Positions 1 to 13,154 of a DNA stretch of 64,000 nt are shown here, piece by piece (position 1 is the first letter of the stretch; every line of letters begins with the position of its first letter). The stretch spans positions 930,001 through 994,000 of the forward strand of contig JAGIQG010000043.1 of the NCBI GenBank assembly GCA_024679065.1. The letters are read 5' to 3'. This DNA comes from Sphyrna mokarran (Eukaryota). The notes below the pieces were generated by a model. The model saw only the letters and a list, made by a program, of their open reading frames with translations. It had not been told where the DNA came from and searched no databases. A program made the position numbers and the translations under genes.

Positions 1-572
1 GTTGCAGCTGTACAAAACTCTAGTGCGGCCGCACTTGGAGTATTGTGTGCAGTTCTGGTCCCCGCATTATAAGAAAGATGTGGAGCATTGGAGAGGGTAC
101 AGAGGAGGTTTACCAGGATGTTGCCTGGTATGGAGGGCAGGTCTTATGAAGAGAGGCTGAGGGATTTGAGGTTGTTTTTCGTTAGAAAGGAGGCGGCTAA
201 GAGGGGACCTAATCGAAACATATAAGATGATTAGAGGTTTAGATAGGGTGGACAGTGATAGCCTTTTCCTAGGATGGAGAAAGCTAGCACGAGGGGACAC
301 AGCTTTAAATTAAGGGGTATGAGTTATAGGACGGATATCAGAGGTAGGTTCTTTACTCACAGAGTGATTGGGGAGTGGAATGCCCTGCCTGCAGCTGTTG
401 TAGATGCGCCAAGTTGGGTGGCGTTTAAGAGGTTAGTTGATAAGTATAGGGATGAGAAGGGAATGGTTTAGTTAGGAGGGGCATTGCTTTTTATTTTGGT
501 CGGCACAACATCGAAGGCCGAAGGGCCTGTTCTGTGCTGTATTGTTCTATGTTCTATGTTCTATGTTCTATG
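1..572 (+). mobile_element. CR1 3' end (same young subfamily as the 51248 element)
   Basis: ORF2 C-terminus, stem-loop and (GTTCTAT)n tail. Confidence 0.93.
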
Positions 573-1299
573 ATACCAAGAGCTGATTTTGCATGGCCAT
601 TTCACATAAACTGCATGTATTTTGAGTATGGGAGGGAACCAGAGCACTCAGAAGAAATCCACGGAGACACGGGGAGAGCGTACAAACTCCACACAGGCAC
701 TCGCTCAAGGTCAGAATAAAACATAAGGCTCGGGTTCATTGTTAAGTGTACCCGGGATTAAAGCTGTATTCATTCTTCATTGACAACATGAGCATCTGTG
801 GAGAAGAGTTCTATTCAAGTAGAATGTTAGACTAAATTATCAACTCAGCCCAAAGATAGCGCATAAGAAGCAAAGAGCACAGAGGACAGAATATATTCTC
901 TGAAAATGTTTGCTTTGTCGAAGTTCTTTAATTTATTACATTTACAAATATCTGGAATTAAGAATCTACTGATGACTATGAAATCATTCTCAGTTGCCAG
1001 AAACGCCCATGAGGTTCACTGATATCCTTAGGCAAAGAAATCTGCCGTCCTTATCTGGTCTGGCCTGGATGGGACACAAGAGCCACTCCATTGTGGTTCG
1101 TTCTTAGCCATTCTCCAACTGCAAATAGGGATGGCCAATAAAAGCTAACGAGCCAGCGACGCCCAGGTCCCATGAATAAACAATAAAAAATCATACAATT
1201 CCCATGTAATCACTCCGATATTTCAACGAGATTTGTAGGAGAATTGAGTCAGATCCACCTTTAGATTGTGAGCACGAAAACGGTGTAATCATAACACTG

Positions 1300-2720
1300 T
1301 AAGACCAGAAGGCAAAAGAGCAGAATAAGGCCAATCGGGTCATCTAGTCTGCACCAGCATTCAATCATGGTTGATTTTTTTCATCCCCATTCTCCTGCCT
1401 TTTCCCCAAAAACCCTGATGTCCCTATTAATCAAGAACCTATTTATTTGTCTTAAACACACTCAGTGACCCGGCCTCCACAGTCTTCTGCGGTAAAGAGC
1501 TCCACAGATTCACACTCTCTGGCTAAAGAAAATCCTCCTCATTTCTGTTTTAAGGGATCGTCCCTTCAGCTCCAGGTTGGGCCCTCCAGTTCTAGTTGTC
1601 CGTACTGGTGGAAACATCCTTTCCACATTCACTCTATCCAGGCCTTACAATATGGTGCAATTTTCAATAAGTTCTCGCCTCATCCTTCTAAACTCCACCG
1701 AGTACAGACTTAGACTCCTCAACTATTCCACCTATGACAAGTTCTTCATTACAAGGATCATTCTTCTGAACCTTCTCTGGACCCTTTCGAAGACCAGCAC
1801 ATCCTTCCTTTGATATGGGGCCCCAGACTGCCTGCAATTTTCTAAATGGGTCTGAGTAGAACCTCAGGCAGACTCACAAGCGCATCCGGCTCTTGTACTC
1901 CCGTCCTCGCCACATGAATGCTAAATTGCACTTTTTCTTCTGAACTACCAATGAAACCTGCACGTTAACCTTCGTATAATTTTGAACAAGAACTCCTAAG
2001 TCCATTTGTGTTCCTGATGTCCTCAGCATTTCCCATTTAAAAATGGTGTAAGCCTTCATTTCTCTTTCCAAAGTGCGTAACCTCACGCTTTTCCACATTG
2101 TATTCCATCTGCCACTTCTTTGCCCACTCTCGAACTTGTCCACGTCTTTCTGCAGCTAGCTTCCGACCGCTTCCTCAGTACTCCTGGTCCCTCTCCATAT
2201 TCCTGTATCATCTGCAAACTTAGCAACAGTGCCTTCATTTTTTTTTTTCTTCTAAATCGTTAATGTAAATTTTGAAATGTTGTGGTGCCAGCACCGGAAC
2301 CTGAGTCACACCGCAAGTCACCCGCTTTCATTCTGAAAAAAAAAGATCCATTTATCCCCACTCTATGCCAGTCAGCCAAACCTCTATCCATGCCAGCATC
2401 GTACCCTTAATACCATGGGTTCTCAACTTATTTAATAATATTTAATAGCGGCAGCTTGTCAAAGGTCTTTTGCAAATCTAAATAAATCATTTCCACTGAT
2501 TTTCCTTTATCTAACGTCCTTGTAACCTCCTCAACAAAACTGGAATTGATTTGTCAGACATGACCTCCCTTTGACGAAGCCGTTCTGACTCAGTCCTATT
2601 TTATCAGGCACTTCTAAGAACTCTTCGATTCATTTTTAATAATGGACTCTAAAATTTTGCCAATGACCAAAGTCAGATTGACCAGCCTATCATTTCCCGT
2701 CTGCTCCCTTCTTAATCAGC
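1300..2720 (-). mobile_element. Old degraded CR1 fragment
   Basis: Decayed RT and C-terminal motifs (DLGVLVQ..) on the minus strand. Confidence 0.75.
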
Positions 2721-2840
2721 ACGATACTAATTGTGAACCCAGTTTTTTTTTGGACAGGAAATACCCCTATCTGTGTATCTTCGTTGTTTGGAGGAATGGT
2801 CATGAGCCCGAGATGACACTTGTTGTCTCTCTGTTTCCAG

Positions 2841-3179
2841 TTTCAATGTCTCAACACATATTGTTCCAGTCTCCATGGGTTCAGACACTCCAGGTGGGGA
2901 ATCGTGTTAAACTCAGTTGTCACATCCAGGTCTCAGGTGTTGATTACGTCTACTGGTACAAAGAGAGGGAGAACAGCGGCATGAAGCTGGTTTACACCAC
3001 GAGCAAGCACCTCCCAGCAGAAGGAAGGTTTTCCAGTAAGGTTTCTGACAAAAATGATAATTATTCTCTGATCATTGCGGATACCCAGAAGAACGATTCT
3101 GGAATGTATTACTGTGCAGTGCGCCATTACACGGTCAGAGGATTGATATTCGGAAACGGCTCCATGTTGGTGATCCCAG
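2841..3179 (+). CDS. Gene A VJ exon (V-set domain with germline-joined J motif)
   Basis: ctgtttccag| acceptor; VSMSQHILFQSP..VKLSCHIQ..VYWYKE..YSLII..DSGMYYCAVRHYTVRGLIFGNGSMLVIP; |gtaaat donor; 339 nt, phase 1-1. Confidence 0.93.
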
Positions 3180-6100
3180 GTAAATGTTTTCATTTTTCCA
3201 TTGAATTGAACATTTGAGCAGCAATTAAGACGTTTTCTGTTCCAATTATTCACGTTTTATGTTGATACATTGAAAACACGCGTTGCATGCGCTAATAATG
3301 TAATAAAGTTACTGTGAAAAATTCCATAGTTAATGGATTTTCTGTTTTGTTTTCCGGAATTAGCGGATTCTCCCATCATTTTCCTCCTCACTCCGCCACT
3401 GCATGAGATTCCCACCATGGAAAGAATCCCGTTGTTGTGTTTGGTCAGAGGCGTGTCTCCTGATTCCTTTCCCGTCCGCTGGAATGTTTTGGGGCGGGAT
3501 ATCGAAGGGCAGACCGATTCAGGGGCACTGGAACCGGATGGGACCTACACCATCAGGAGTTACATCAGCGTCTCGGCGGCAAATCGGAGCAGCCGTTCTC
3601 TCTGTACATGCGTCCTTCAGGTCAACTCCCAAGGAAGTAATTTTAGTGAAAGTGTCTCATTTCAGAGAGGTAGCTATTCACAACGACTTCTTAAAATCCA
3701 TTTATTTAATACTAATGTCAGACCACGCAGAGCTGTCTAATGTTATATCATGTCTTTTCTCCCATGTGTTTCCACGTAAATCCAAAACAACTTTGACAAC
3801 CTTGGATCTCTCGTTCGGCTAGAGTTCAGTCTGCTGAAAATTTTACCTGCCCTCTACCAGAGCGCTGTTCATTAGCGCCACTGAGGTAGTTATTTCTGGC
3901 ACAGATAGATGTACAGGTACAAGGAAATCACCGGAAGGTGACATTAAATTAGCCATTTTGTTGTAAAATGCCAGAGAAGCATCGAAAAGTGAATTGGCTT
4001 ATCTTTGCTCCAATTTCCTATTTCCATATCTTCGGCTCCACCATGTTGATACGGTTTGATCTATTATTTTCACATGTAATGGGATACAGTGAAAAGTTTT
4101 GACCCATGCACATTACAAAGACAAAGCTTACTATTGATGGAATACATGGATTTGATTTGCTTTCATTATTGTCATATGTATTTGGGATGCAGCTAAAAAC
4201 ACATTTTCTTGCGTTGTACAGACAAGACATAACGCTCATAGCGTAAATAGATTTGATCTATTACTGTCATATGTTTTCAGATACAAAAACGCAGCATCAT
4301 AGGGTAAATAGATTTGATTTAATTTGATTTTGTTACTGTCACATTTATTGGGATACATTGAAAAGGAAATTTTGCTGTACAGACAAAAAGCATACCGTTC
4401 ATAGAGTTCTTAGATTGTTGCACGGTACACTGGCAAAACTTACCATTTACATAGTACATGTGAGAAAAAGAAAGGAACGGATGTAGCATGCAATACCACA
4501 GGTTACTAGTAACTATAAGAGAGTTAGATTTAAGTTTTAAAAGAGTAACACAACCGTCAATCACAGAATTAATAGGTATTCTGGGGGCAGCTCGCAAGAA
4601 ACAGCCATGTTCAGGCGCCATCTTGAATAGGGTCAGTGGCCCATGTCGGCATGGGTTGAAATGAAATGTATGCTTACATTTCCATCTTATAACGTCATCA
4701 CATCATGCTTATATGTAATGATTGATTCGACCTTTCGTCTCTACTTCGAACTATCACAGTTAAAGCAGCACATGCTATCTGATATATCTGTCCACTTGTT
4801 TAACTTAGCCTTGTTCATTTTCTCTCTCCCTCTGTTAATCATTTTGTTTCTGCCAGACAATCCGTTCTTCACAGTCAGCTAGTCAGCTCGCTGCATATCA
4901 CTACCTTCCGTTTTCTCTTTTCTCTCCATTTTCCGATTGTCTGTGTCGCCTAGTATTAAACTCTGTCTCTCCACGATCCACTCGCCCTCTCCTCTCCCCC
5001 CCCCCACTCCTCCCCACCGCCCCCAAGCCCACAACACCCGCTCCCTTTTCTTCATTCATTCCTGGGACATGGGGTTCGATGGGTGTCCAGCATTTAATGC
5101 CTATCCCTACTTGACAAGGGCAGTTATGCGTCAATCACGTTGTCTCTTAGCTCTATGTCACCAGTTATTAAGTTCTGTCTCGCTCTCGGTCTGTTGATAT
5201 CTGTAATATTCTCATGCTTGCCTGATTCGTCCAGTTAAACGGTGCTCCATTTCAGTAGCCAGCTATCTGTCTCAATGGATTGTTACGTAGGATACTCTCT
5301 TTTTATATGTGTTTCCTTACTTTGTTCCTTCTATCTGTCCCCTTATGTATATCCAAGTGAAACAGTTCTTTATAATATATCTGTTCTATTCCTCTTTTTT
5401 TAATCTCGGAATTACTTTTTCAAATGATTCTATCACTTTCCCTCTCATTGAACGATGAGCTTTCGATTTGTGCTCTCTCTCAGTCGCATTCAGTCTCTCT
5501 CTTTCCTGTGTCCTGTTGAAAAAATGTTCAGCAACTTTTCTGCTCCAACTCATGACTGCAAAACCAATGATCATTTTCGGGGAGGTAGACATGCAGTTTT
5601 GATCAAATTTGTCGCTTATCTATGTTTTCCAAAATTCTAATTGGAGCTGAAAGTAATTTTGTTTTTCTTTTTCAGATATTCCAGTAACCATGTCGTGCAA
5701 TGGCTCACTTTCAGGGATTGTGTTGGCTATGACCCTTCTCCGGTTGGGATTGGTCTTTGTGGCTGGGAGATGGAGCTGCAGGAATCGGCAGAAAGGTAGC
5801 GATTGTTCGGAGAGTTTCTAATCCCACGGCATCCTCAATTATCACTCAATTATTGACACTGTGGACGCAAAGTGTGAAATATGGTCATTTAGCCCGACGT
5901 GTTTTTTTTTTCATATAATCAGGCATTGCAAGAAGTAATGAGGCCTTGACAGCTTCCAGATCGCAGGTAAAGAATGAAGAGGTGCGTTTTATTTCCCATA
6001 ATGTGAGTTTATTTTCACCTTCCTTTTCTCCCAAGGTTCAAAATTGGTAATGGTAATTGGTAATTGGTAATCGTGGCTCTAGAGAAAAAAAAACTGCAAC

Positions 6101-7195
6101 TTCGGCCGCATCTCTGGAGACGGGAATAGAACATAGAACAGTATCACACAGTACAGGCCCTTCGGCCCTCAATGTTGTGCCGAGGTATGTCCAATCCCAG
6201 AGCAAGCTATCCCACTCCCTATCATTCTGGAGTGCTCCATTTGCCTATCCAATAAAGCTTGAAATTTCCTAAAGTGTCCGACTCCACTATCACAGCAACC
6301 AGTGTATGCCACACCCCAACCACTCTCTGAGTGAAGAATCTGACTCAAACATCCCTCCTATGTCTCCCACGATGAACCTTATAGTTATGCCCCCTAGTAA
6401 CAGCTACATTCATCCGAGGAAATAGTCTCTGAACGTACACTCTACCAATCCCCTTCATTATCTTATAACCTCTATTAAGTCGTTTCTCATCCGCCTCTGC
6501 TCTAAAGAGAAAAGCTACAGATCACTCAACCCTTACCTCATTTCGAGCCCTTGGGATGCTTCTTCAGACTAAATTTAAATCATTGGCCGAATTCACCAGC
6601 CCAACCCGCTGGCGCGGTTTTCTGGTCCCTTCGTAAGCAACATACTTGTATCCGTCCCCCCTACCTCCACATCAATGGCATGCAGCCCGTTATTGAACTT
6701 TGGGTCAACCTGGTTTCCCGTCATTTGCACCACTCAGCTGCTGGGGAACTCATGGAGCTTTCTTTTTTTTTGATTTCGGAGGCACTGGCGGGAGGGTATG
6801 GGCGCATGGGACAGCCAGTCATGTCCCTCCAGGGAAACAGAATATTAACTTGGGAGCCACCACATCCATTTACGAAGTTAGTTTTTCACACAATGTGAGT
6901 CAAATATTGGAACACTGTCCCCGGATAAAGCAAAAGCTGATCAGGCCAGTTAACAGTTGGAAATTCCAAAACTGAGATGGCTCGAATTATATTTGAGAGA
7001 TATTAAGGAATATTCAAAAATGTTTCGAGGATATGGGCTAAAGTACATGTTAGTCTTAATGTAGTTGAGTAGAATGCAGGGGTTCAACGGCCTCACGTAT
7101 GCCTATAATAATGGTGTTGAGTACATTGACAGATTACTTTTCATCCACAGATTCTTTATGCTGGTCTGGCCTTCAGTGAGGATCCAACACGCTAA
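2841..7195 (+). CDS. Gene A: non-rearranging VJ-C1-TM-ITIM Ig-superfamily receptor (5' partial). Exons 2841-3179, 3364-3669, 5676-5795, 5923-5966, 7151-7195
   Basis: All introns are GT-AG with compatible phases (1,1,1,0) and no internal stop. V domain with LSC..VYWY..DSGMYYC..FGNGS, C1 domain, hydrophobic TM, terminal ILYAGL. Leader exon lies upstream of the window. Confidence 0.85.
3364..3669 (+). CDS. Gene A C1-set constant domain exon
   Basis: tag| acceptor; SPIIFLLTPP..LLCLVRGVSP..VRWNV..DGTYTIRSYISV..CTCVL; |gtagct donor; 306 nt, phase 1-1. Confidence 0.9.
5676..5795 (+). CDS. Gene A connecting peptide and transmembrane exon
   Basis: gtttttctttttcag| acceptor; DIPVTMSCNGSLSGIVLAMTLLRLGLVFVAGRWSCRNRQK; |gtagcg donor; 120 nt, phase 1-1. 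Confidence 0.82.
5923..5966 (+). CDS. Gene A cytoplasmic exon 1
   Basis: T-run..aatcag| acceptor; GIARSNEALTASRSQ; cag|gtaaag donor; phase 1-0. Confidence 0.75.
6125..6535 (-). mobile_element. CR1 3' fragment in the last intron of gene A
   Basis: Reverse tail and stem-loop (ggcccttcggccc), decayed ORF2 end. Confidence 0.75.
7151..7195 (+). CDS. Gene A terminal exon with ITIM
   Basis: cttttcatccacag| acceptor, phase 0; ILYAGLAFSEDPTR*. ILYAGL fits the ITIM consensus I/V/L/SxYxxL/V. Confidence 0.75.
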   Translation: MLYAGLAFSEDPTR

Positions 7196-7264
7196 TTCGA
7201 GAAGAGAGAGGAAGATATAGAGAAAAGTGTGTTTCCTCTACTTCTAGTATAGAAATATTTTGTT

Positions 7265-7467
7265 AGAACATAGAACATAGAACATTACAGCACAGAACAG
7301 GCCCTTCGGCCTTCGATGTTGCACGACCAATATAAAAAGCAATGCCCCTCCAAACTAAACCATTCCCTTCTCTTCCATATACTTATCAACTAACCTCTTA
7401 AACGCCACCAAACTTGGCGCATCTACAACTGCTGCAGGCAGGGCATTCCACTCCCGAACCACCCAGA
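7265..7467 (-). mobile_element. Short CR1 3' end just downstream of the gene A stop
   Basis: (ATAGAAC)n tail plus WNALPAAVV.. coding end. Confidence 0.9.
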
Positions 7468-10400
7468 ATGTTGTACGGTAAATTTTAAAGGTCCAACTAG
7501 TTTGGCGGCTCAATACTGTGATGGCGCCCAAATGGAAAACGCACTCTCCCGTCATGTCCGCCATTCTACAATGGAACATCGCCTGCATTCTTCTAACTCT
7601 TTATATTGTTTTTAGAATTCCATTCTATATTGCCGACGGTAAACATGCAATAAGCAATTCAAAATGTATATGTATCTGAGTAGCCAATTTATCAAAGCAG
7701 GTTTGGAATACCAATGTAAACTCATTGTTCCAGATTCTACATGGGTTTAGCCCAAATATGTTGCCTGTAACTCTTCAGTTAATTAGCAAAAGCATTTTGC
7801 AGTGAAAGTGTGTGCGTTTGGAAATGACTAAAAAACTGACAGGGCAGTTAAGTCATTCGTTTGGGATTCTTGCTGGATTCATTAAAAATGCAGAATGAGA
7901 GCATTTTTGAACTTGTTGTGCAGTGCTAATGAACACAACTACATTTATTGCTGAGACAAAACCTTTTCCAATCCATGTTCGCTTTTGATAACATCGCTCA
8001 GTGGATTTTGCAGAATGGAATCAGAGAACCTTACCGATGTACAACAGAGGAAGAATCTGTCTTGTATCTGTCGACTGTTTGGATCTGTACTTTTGTTCCA
8101 CATCTGCATGAACATAAGGCTTATTTAGCTTTTTATCAGCGATTACAATTGTTTTCTTCCATCCTATGCATACTAACTGTAGGAGGCCGTACATCACTTC
8201 AGTGGGTTAATTTCCGCCAACCTGGAACAATATCTTAACTCCATCCACACAGCTCGCATGCATAAATCTATCCAGTTCCCAAAAGTCAATCTGTCAATTT
8301 CCATTTTGACAATTTCATTTTAGCCCTGGTCTCAGCAATTATTTGAAGTTAAGAATTAGAGATCCCGCTTTTGCTTTGTTTGGAGAATTGTGAACACTTC
8401 ACATCCAAATACACATTACCTATCAACACCGTATCCATACTGTCGGCCGCGACTTGCCACCACACCCAATTGAATGTTCTTGACATAGTCTACTGTGACG
8501 ATACCGTGCCTTAAACTAATGTATTTTAATCATGTTGATCTGCAGGATGTCTCTAGCAGTCCCTAGTATCTTGTGGGAACCTTTGTCAACAAGGCCATCT
8601 CCCATTGTTACTGAGACATCAAAATTGACACTATGTCTTTTTCAATCTGAACTAGTAATCTGTTTTTGAAAGTTCTCTTGGGCTTGCAGAGCAGACCTTG
8701 GTCAGTATGATTGACAGATCATGTCATATGTCTGGGAACGAATCTTTCACAGAGAATTCCAATTCAGTTGCTATTTCCAGATTTTGTTTGGACTTGAGAT
8801 AGAATAATGTCAGTTTTGACCCTTCTCTGGTGTTGTAGATTCTGCTTTCTGCGTGTAGTTGTTCTGGAAGACGCAGAGAGAGAGAAAAAAGGGAGAGGGG
8901 TATCCTCTTCTGTCCCTCAGATCTGAAATCTCAAAGCTTATGAGACAAGATTTATTTCATTGTTTTGCTGTCTTGGACATGTATACTTCTGTAGAAACTG
9001 TTGTTTGGATTTCTGTCGATTGGTATCAATGGCTGCAAATCTATCATCACGTGAGGACACATGTTTTTGTGTCAAACAATTCTGAGGAAGATTACATGGG
9101 ATAAATTTTTAAATTGGGGCAACAGATATAGATAGTTGTTAATATTATACAGTATGATGTTTATGACTTATAACGGGTGAAAGTTAAGCTACCTCTGTTC
9201 GTTAAATTTTAACCTTTTTTAAAAATAAACTTTATTTGATAAAAGCGTTCGAGTGGGTCAATTGAATCATACTGGAAATAAAACATCTTACGATCACGAT
9301 AATGCCCAAATCAAATATAATACCTTGGGTTTAGGCTAACTACACACAATTTTGAAGCTTCTGGCCAGGATATTCACACACACCTCCCAGACAAAATAGT
9401 CGATCCTAATATATTATTCCGCTATTTTAGGAAAATCGGATCGACCCTTAATCCTCGAAACTCACGGGAATGCAAACGTATTGTCTACATCTGAAAGAGT
9501 CTTCCCCATTCCCTGTGGTATTCTTGCTTATTTCACTCTGCAATGTTCAAAATATAGACATCCACATGATCAACAGTCAAAGTATTCCTCTCATTTGAAC
9601 AGCTTTTTCGGTTCATCAGTTGCATCTTTTCACTTAATCCACTGTTCCTAAAGCCTGCAACATTTCCTAGGTTTGGGAAACCTCCAATGCGTTCCACCGT
9701 GCAACTGAATCATCGATCTAAACTGAGACTAGTTATCAAGAAACACTTAATGTTGGAAACACCTTAAATTGAGGGATGGGAATTAGAGGATGGATGTCAG
9801 AGATAGATTCTTTACTCAGAGGGTAGTAAGGGCATAGAATGCCCTGCCTGCAGCAGTTGTGGACTCGCCAACAATAAGGGTGTTCAAATGGTCAGTGCAT
9901 AGGGATATCGATAGCACTGAAATAGTTTAGTTTAGAGAGTCAGTAGATTGGTCCCACTGGTCAGCGCAACATCGAGGACCGAGGGGTCTCCAGTAAATCT
10001 TTCCTGCATCTTTCTAGGGGCAAGGTTTAAAGGAATTGCGCCATGCAGATCAGCTAGAGTTAGCTTAATGTTGCCCCTATTTAATGTTAACAACTTAATG
10101 TTGCCCCTATTTGTTAATGAGTGACTCTCCGTGTTTTGTATCTGGACATCGGGTTTTGCAGATATTGAAAACACCTTTACGCGATTCCCTATTATATCTT
10201 ACCCCTCAAGCGAAAAAAATGTATTAATAACGTATAAATATTTCCCCACAATATTGCCTCAATATTTATTCCTGAATTATTCGGGCAATGAATATGATTT
10301 AAAGATATTCAATGCCTGTTTAGGTACCTATATAATCCCGGACGTCTGAAAATGCGACTTAATGAACAGTAACGCTGCAAATGTTTGCTTGGGTCAGAAC

Positions 10401-10626
10401 ATGGGCTGGTCCAGTTCCATAGTTATATGCATGAGAACAAACATTGGATAGCCAAACTTCTGTCCTCCGGGGAAGACAAAGATAAACGTGGCAGAGGAGT
10501 AGGCAAGATAAACGTTAAAGTTATGAAATAAATCGGCAGGGTAGACGGAGGCAGTTTGCGAGGAAAGTCTTTACTCATTGGATAAGGATAATGTAGAAGT
10601 AGTCCACAGTAATCCGATCTCCAGAT

Positions 10627-11560
10627 ATAGAACATAGAACATAGAACATAGAACATTACAGCACAGAACAGGCCCTTCGGCCTTCGATGTTGTCCCGACC
10701 AAAATAAAAAGCAATGCCCCTCCAAACTAAACCATTCCCTTCTCTTCCATATACTTATCAATTAACCTCTTAAACGCCACCAAACTTGGCGCATCTACAA
10801 CAGCTGCAGGCAGGCATTCCACTCCCTAATCACTCTTTGAGTAAAGAACCTACCTCTGATATCCGTCCTATAACTCATAACCCTTAATTTAAAGCTGTGT
10901 CCCCTCGTGCTAGCTTTCTCCATCCTAGGAAAAAGGCTATCACTGTCCACCCTATCTAAACATCTAATCATCTTATATGCTTCAATAAGATCCCCTCTTA
11001 GCCGCCTCCTTTCTAACGAAAACAACCTCAAATCCTTCAACCTCTCTTCATAGACCTGCCCTCCATACCAGGCAACATCCTGGTAAACCTCCTCTGTACC
11101 CTCTCCAATGCCTCCACATCTTTCTTATAATGTGGGGACCAGACTGCACACAATACTCCAAGTGCGGCCGCACTAGAGTTTTGTACAGTTGCAACATGAG
11201 GCTGCGGCTCCTAAATTCAATCCCCCTACCAATAAAAGCTAAGACTCCATATGCCTTCTTAACAACTTTATCCACTTGACTGCCTACTTTCAGGGATCTA
11301 TTGACACATACACCAAGATCCGTCTGTTCCTCAACACTATTAAGAGCCCTACCATTAGCCCTATACTCTACACATTTATTGTACCTGCCAAAGTGCATTA
11401 CCTCACACTTTTCCACATTAAACTCCATTTGCCACCTCTCGGCCCAGCTCTGCAGCTTGTCCAAGTCACTCTGTAAACTATAACACCCCTCTTCACTATC
11501 TACCACTCCACCGACTTTAGTGTCATCTGCAAATTTACTGATCCATCCCTCAATACCCTC
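10627..11560 (-). mobile_element. 5'-truncated young CR1
   Basis: FADD to C-terminus, with tail. Confidence 0.93.
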
Positions 11561-11601
11561 ATGAATATGCATTTCATTGGGAAACTGAGTAAAGTGAGGA
11601 A

Positions 11602-11853
11602 AGAACATAGAACATAGAACATAGAACATTACAGCACAGAACAGGCCCTTCGGCCTTCGATGTTGTCCCGACCAAAATAAAAAGCAATGCCCCTCCAAAC
11701 TAAACCATTCCCTTCTCTTCCATATACTTATCAATTAACCTCTTAACCGCCACCAAACTTGGCGCATCTACAACAGCTGCAGGCAGGGCATTCCACTCCC
11801 TAATCACTCTTTGAGTAAAGAACCTACCTCTGATATCCGTCCTATAACTCATA
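11602..11853 (-). mobile_element. Short CR1 3' end
   Basis: Tail, 3' UTR and ORF2 end. Confidence 0.9.
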
Positions 11854-13154
11854 CAAAGAGAAAGAGAAAGGAATGAAATAGTGGGTTAATGATGGAGTGT
11901 GGGATGTGAGTTTGGGGATGGCGGCGACTGTATAGATGTGAGAGGAAGTTCGTATGAAAAATAACGGCCAACCCACAGCGGATGGCCCAAAACCCGCTAA
12001 TCAAAAGATGGAATTATGATACAAAGAGATAGGGAGAATTGTACTGGATGAAACCATCATTAAAACATTTGCGTCCTTTTGAGTACTTCATCATTCGTTA
12101 CTTGTTTGCAGAAAACAGAATATAGTAATGTGTTTGGGATGAATTTAACGTAACATTCTGCTCTCCGCTGTGCCCATTCGAATTTCACAAAGAGTCATGT
12201 TGCGGAATTCAGCCACATTAAATGCTCAAAACAGTTTAGATCAGTCTTAACGTGTATTTAGCACTAGCTAGAAGATGTGTTTCGTTGCAGACTGAGCTGT
12301 GCGCTGCCTCTTCACCTATAAACAGGAAATTCTGAATAGCAATTCGCCGTGCCCTGATATTTTTAGTGCGCTATTTTCACTGCAGCACGCTGTGTCTGCA
12401 AAACGTGCATGTTCACCACGGCTTCCTTTCCCCGCAGCCCAGCAACTTTGTAACAACCCGAATATTGCAGCATCTCTTTGCAGGTTTGTGTCTTCATCAG
12501 TCCTCCATTACTGTAGCGCATTTACAGCGAGAGAACCACTAAGGTAGTAAGCAAGTCAAATAGAAAATTTAGCCAATGCTCACTTCTCATAAAAAGGTGT
12601 TTCATGGTGAAAGAATGAAACATTTCCAGCCGATCAGACGTGTTCACGGGAAACATTCACCAATATATCCCATCTGGACATTTCTGCTCCTCTGGGCTGA
12701 GAACGATTCCATAGCCACCAATAAAAAAAGTTTGTCTCTCTTTATCTTCTTGTTTCTATTTACACGCGGCCATAATCAGTTTTGGAAAGGTCAGCCACAT
12801 TCAGGGCGGCAAGATGGAAGAACATCACGTCTTAAATGGTGGCCATGAGGAGAGAGGACAAATGTGCAACCCATTTACAGAGACTTACCCAAAATAATCG
12901 CTGTTCAAGGAACTGTGGAGTGGCCGCACTCCAGAGGAACATGTCAATCAGACGCATTCAGTTGAGTGAAAAGTGTTAATCGTTATTTCAGGATGGAGAC
13001 TTCCAAGTCGCACCAGGGCAGACGGAGAAATTTAAATTAGTTGGATTAACATCTAATCTAATCCTTGGCAATCATGATTAAAATAATCAATTACTCGTCT
13101 CTTTTCTGGAAGATAATTGACAGTCTATACCTGGTTTGGCCGGAATGTGGCATA

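Noticed and set aside
2642-2840. N-terminal extension of ORF 2642-3217 as the start of gene A
   Set aside because: It begins inside an antisense CR1 remnant and runs through a polypyrimidine acceptor. A separate leader exon is indicated by the paralog at 58955.
3110-3170. Cryptic RSS heptamer (cacggtc) in the CDR3-like region of gene A
   Set aside because: No nonamer at 12 or 23 nt spacing, and the frame is already joined to FGNG.
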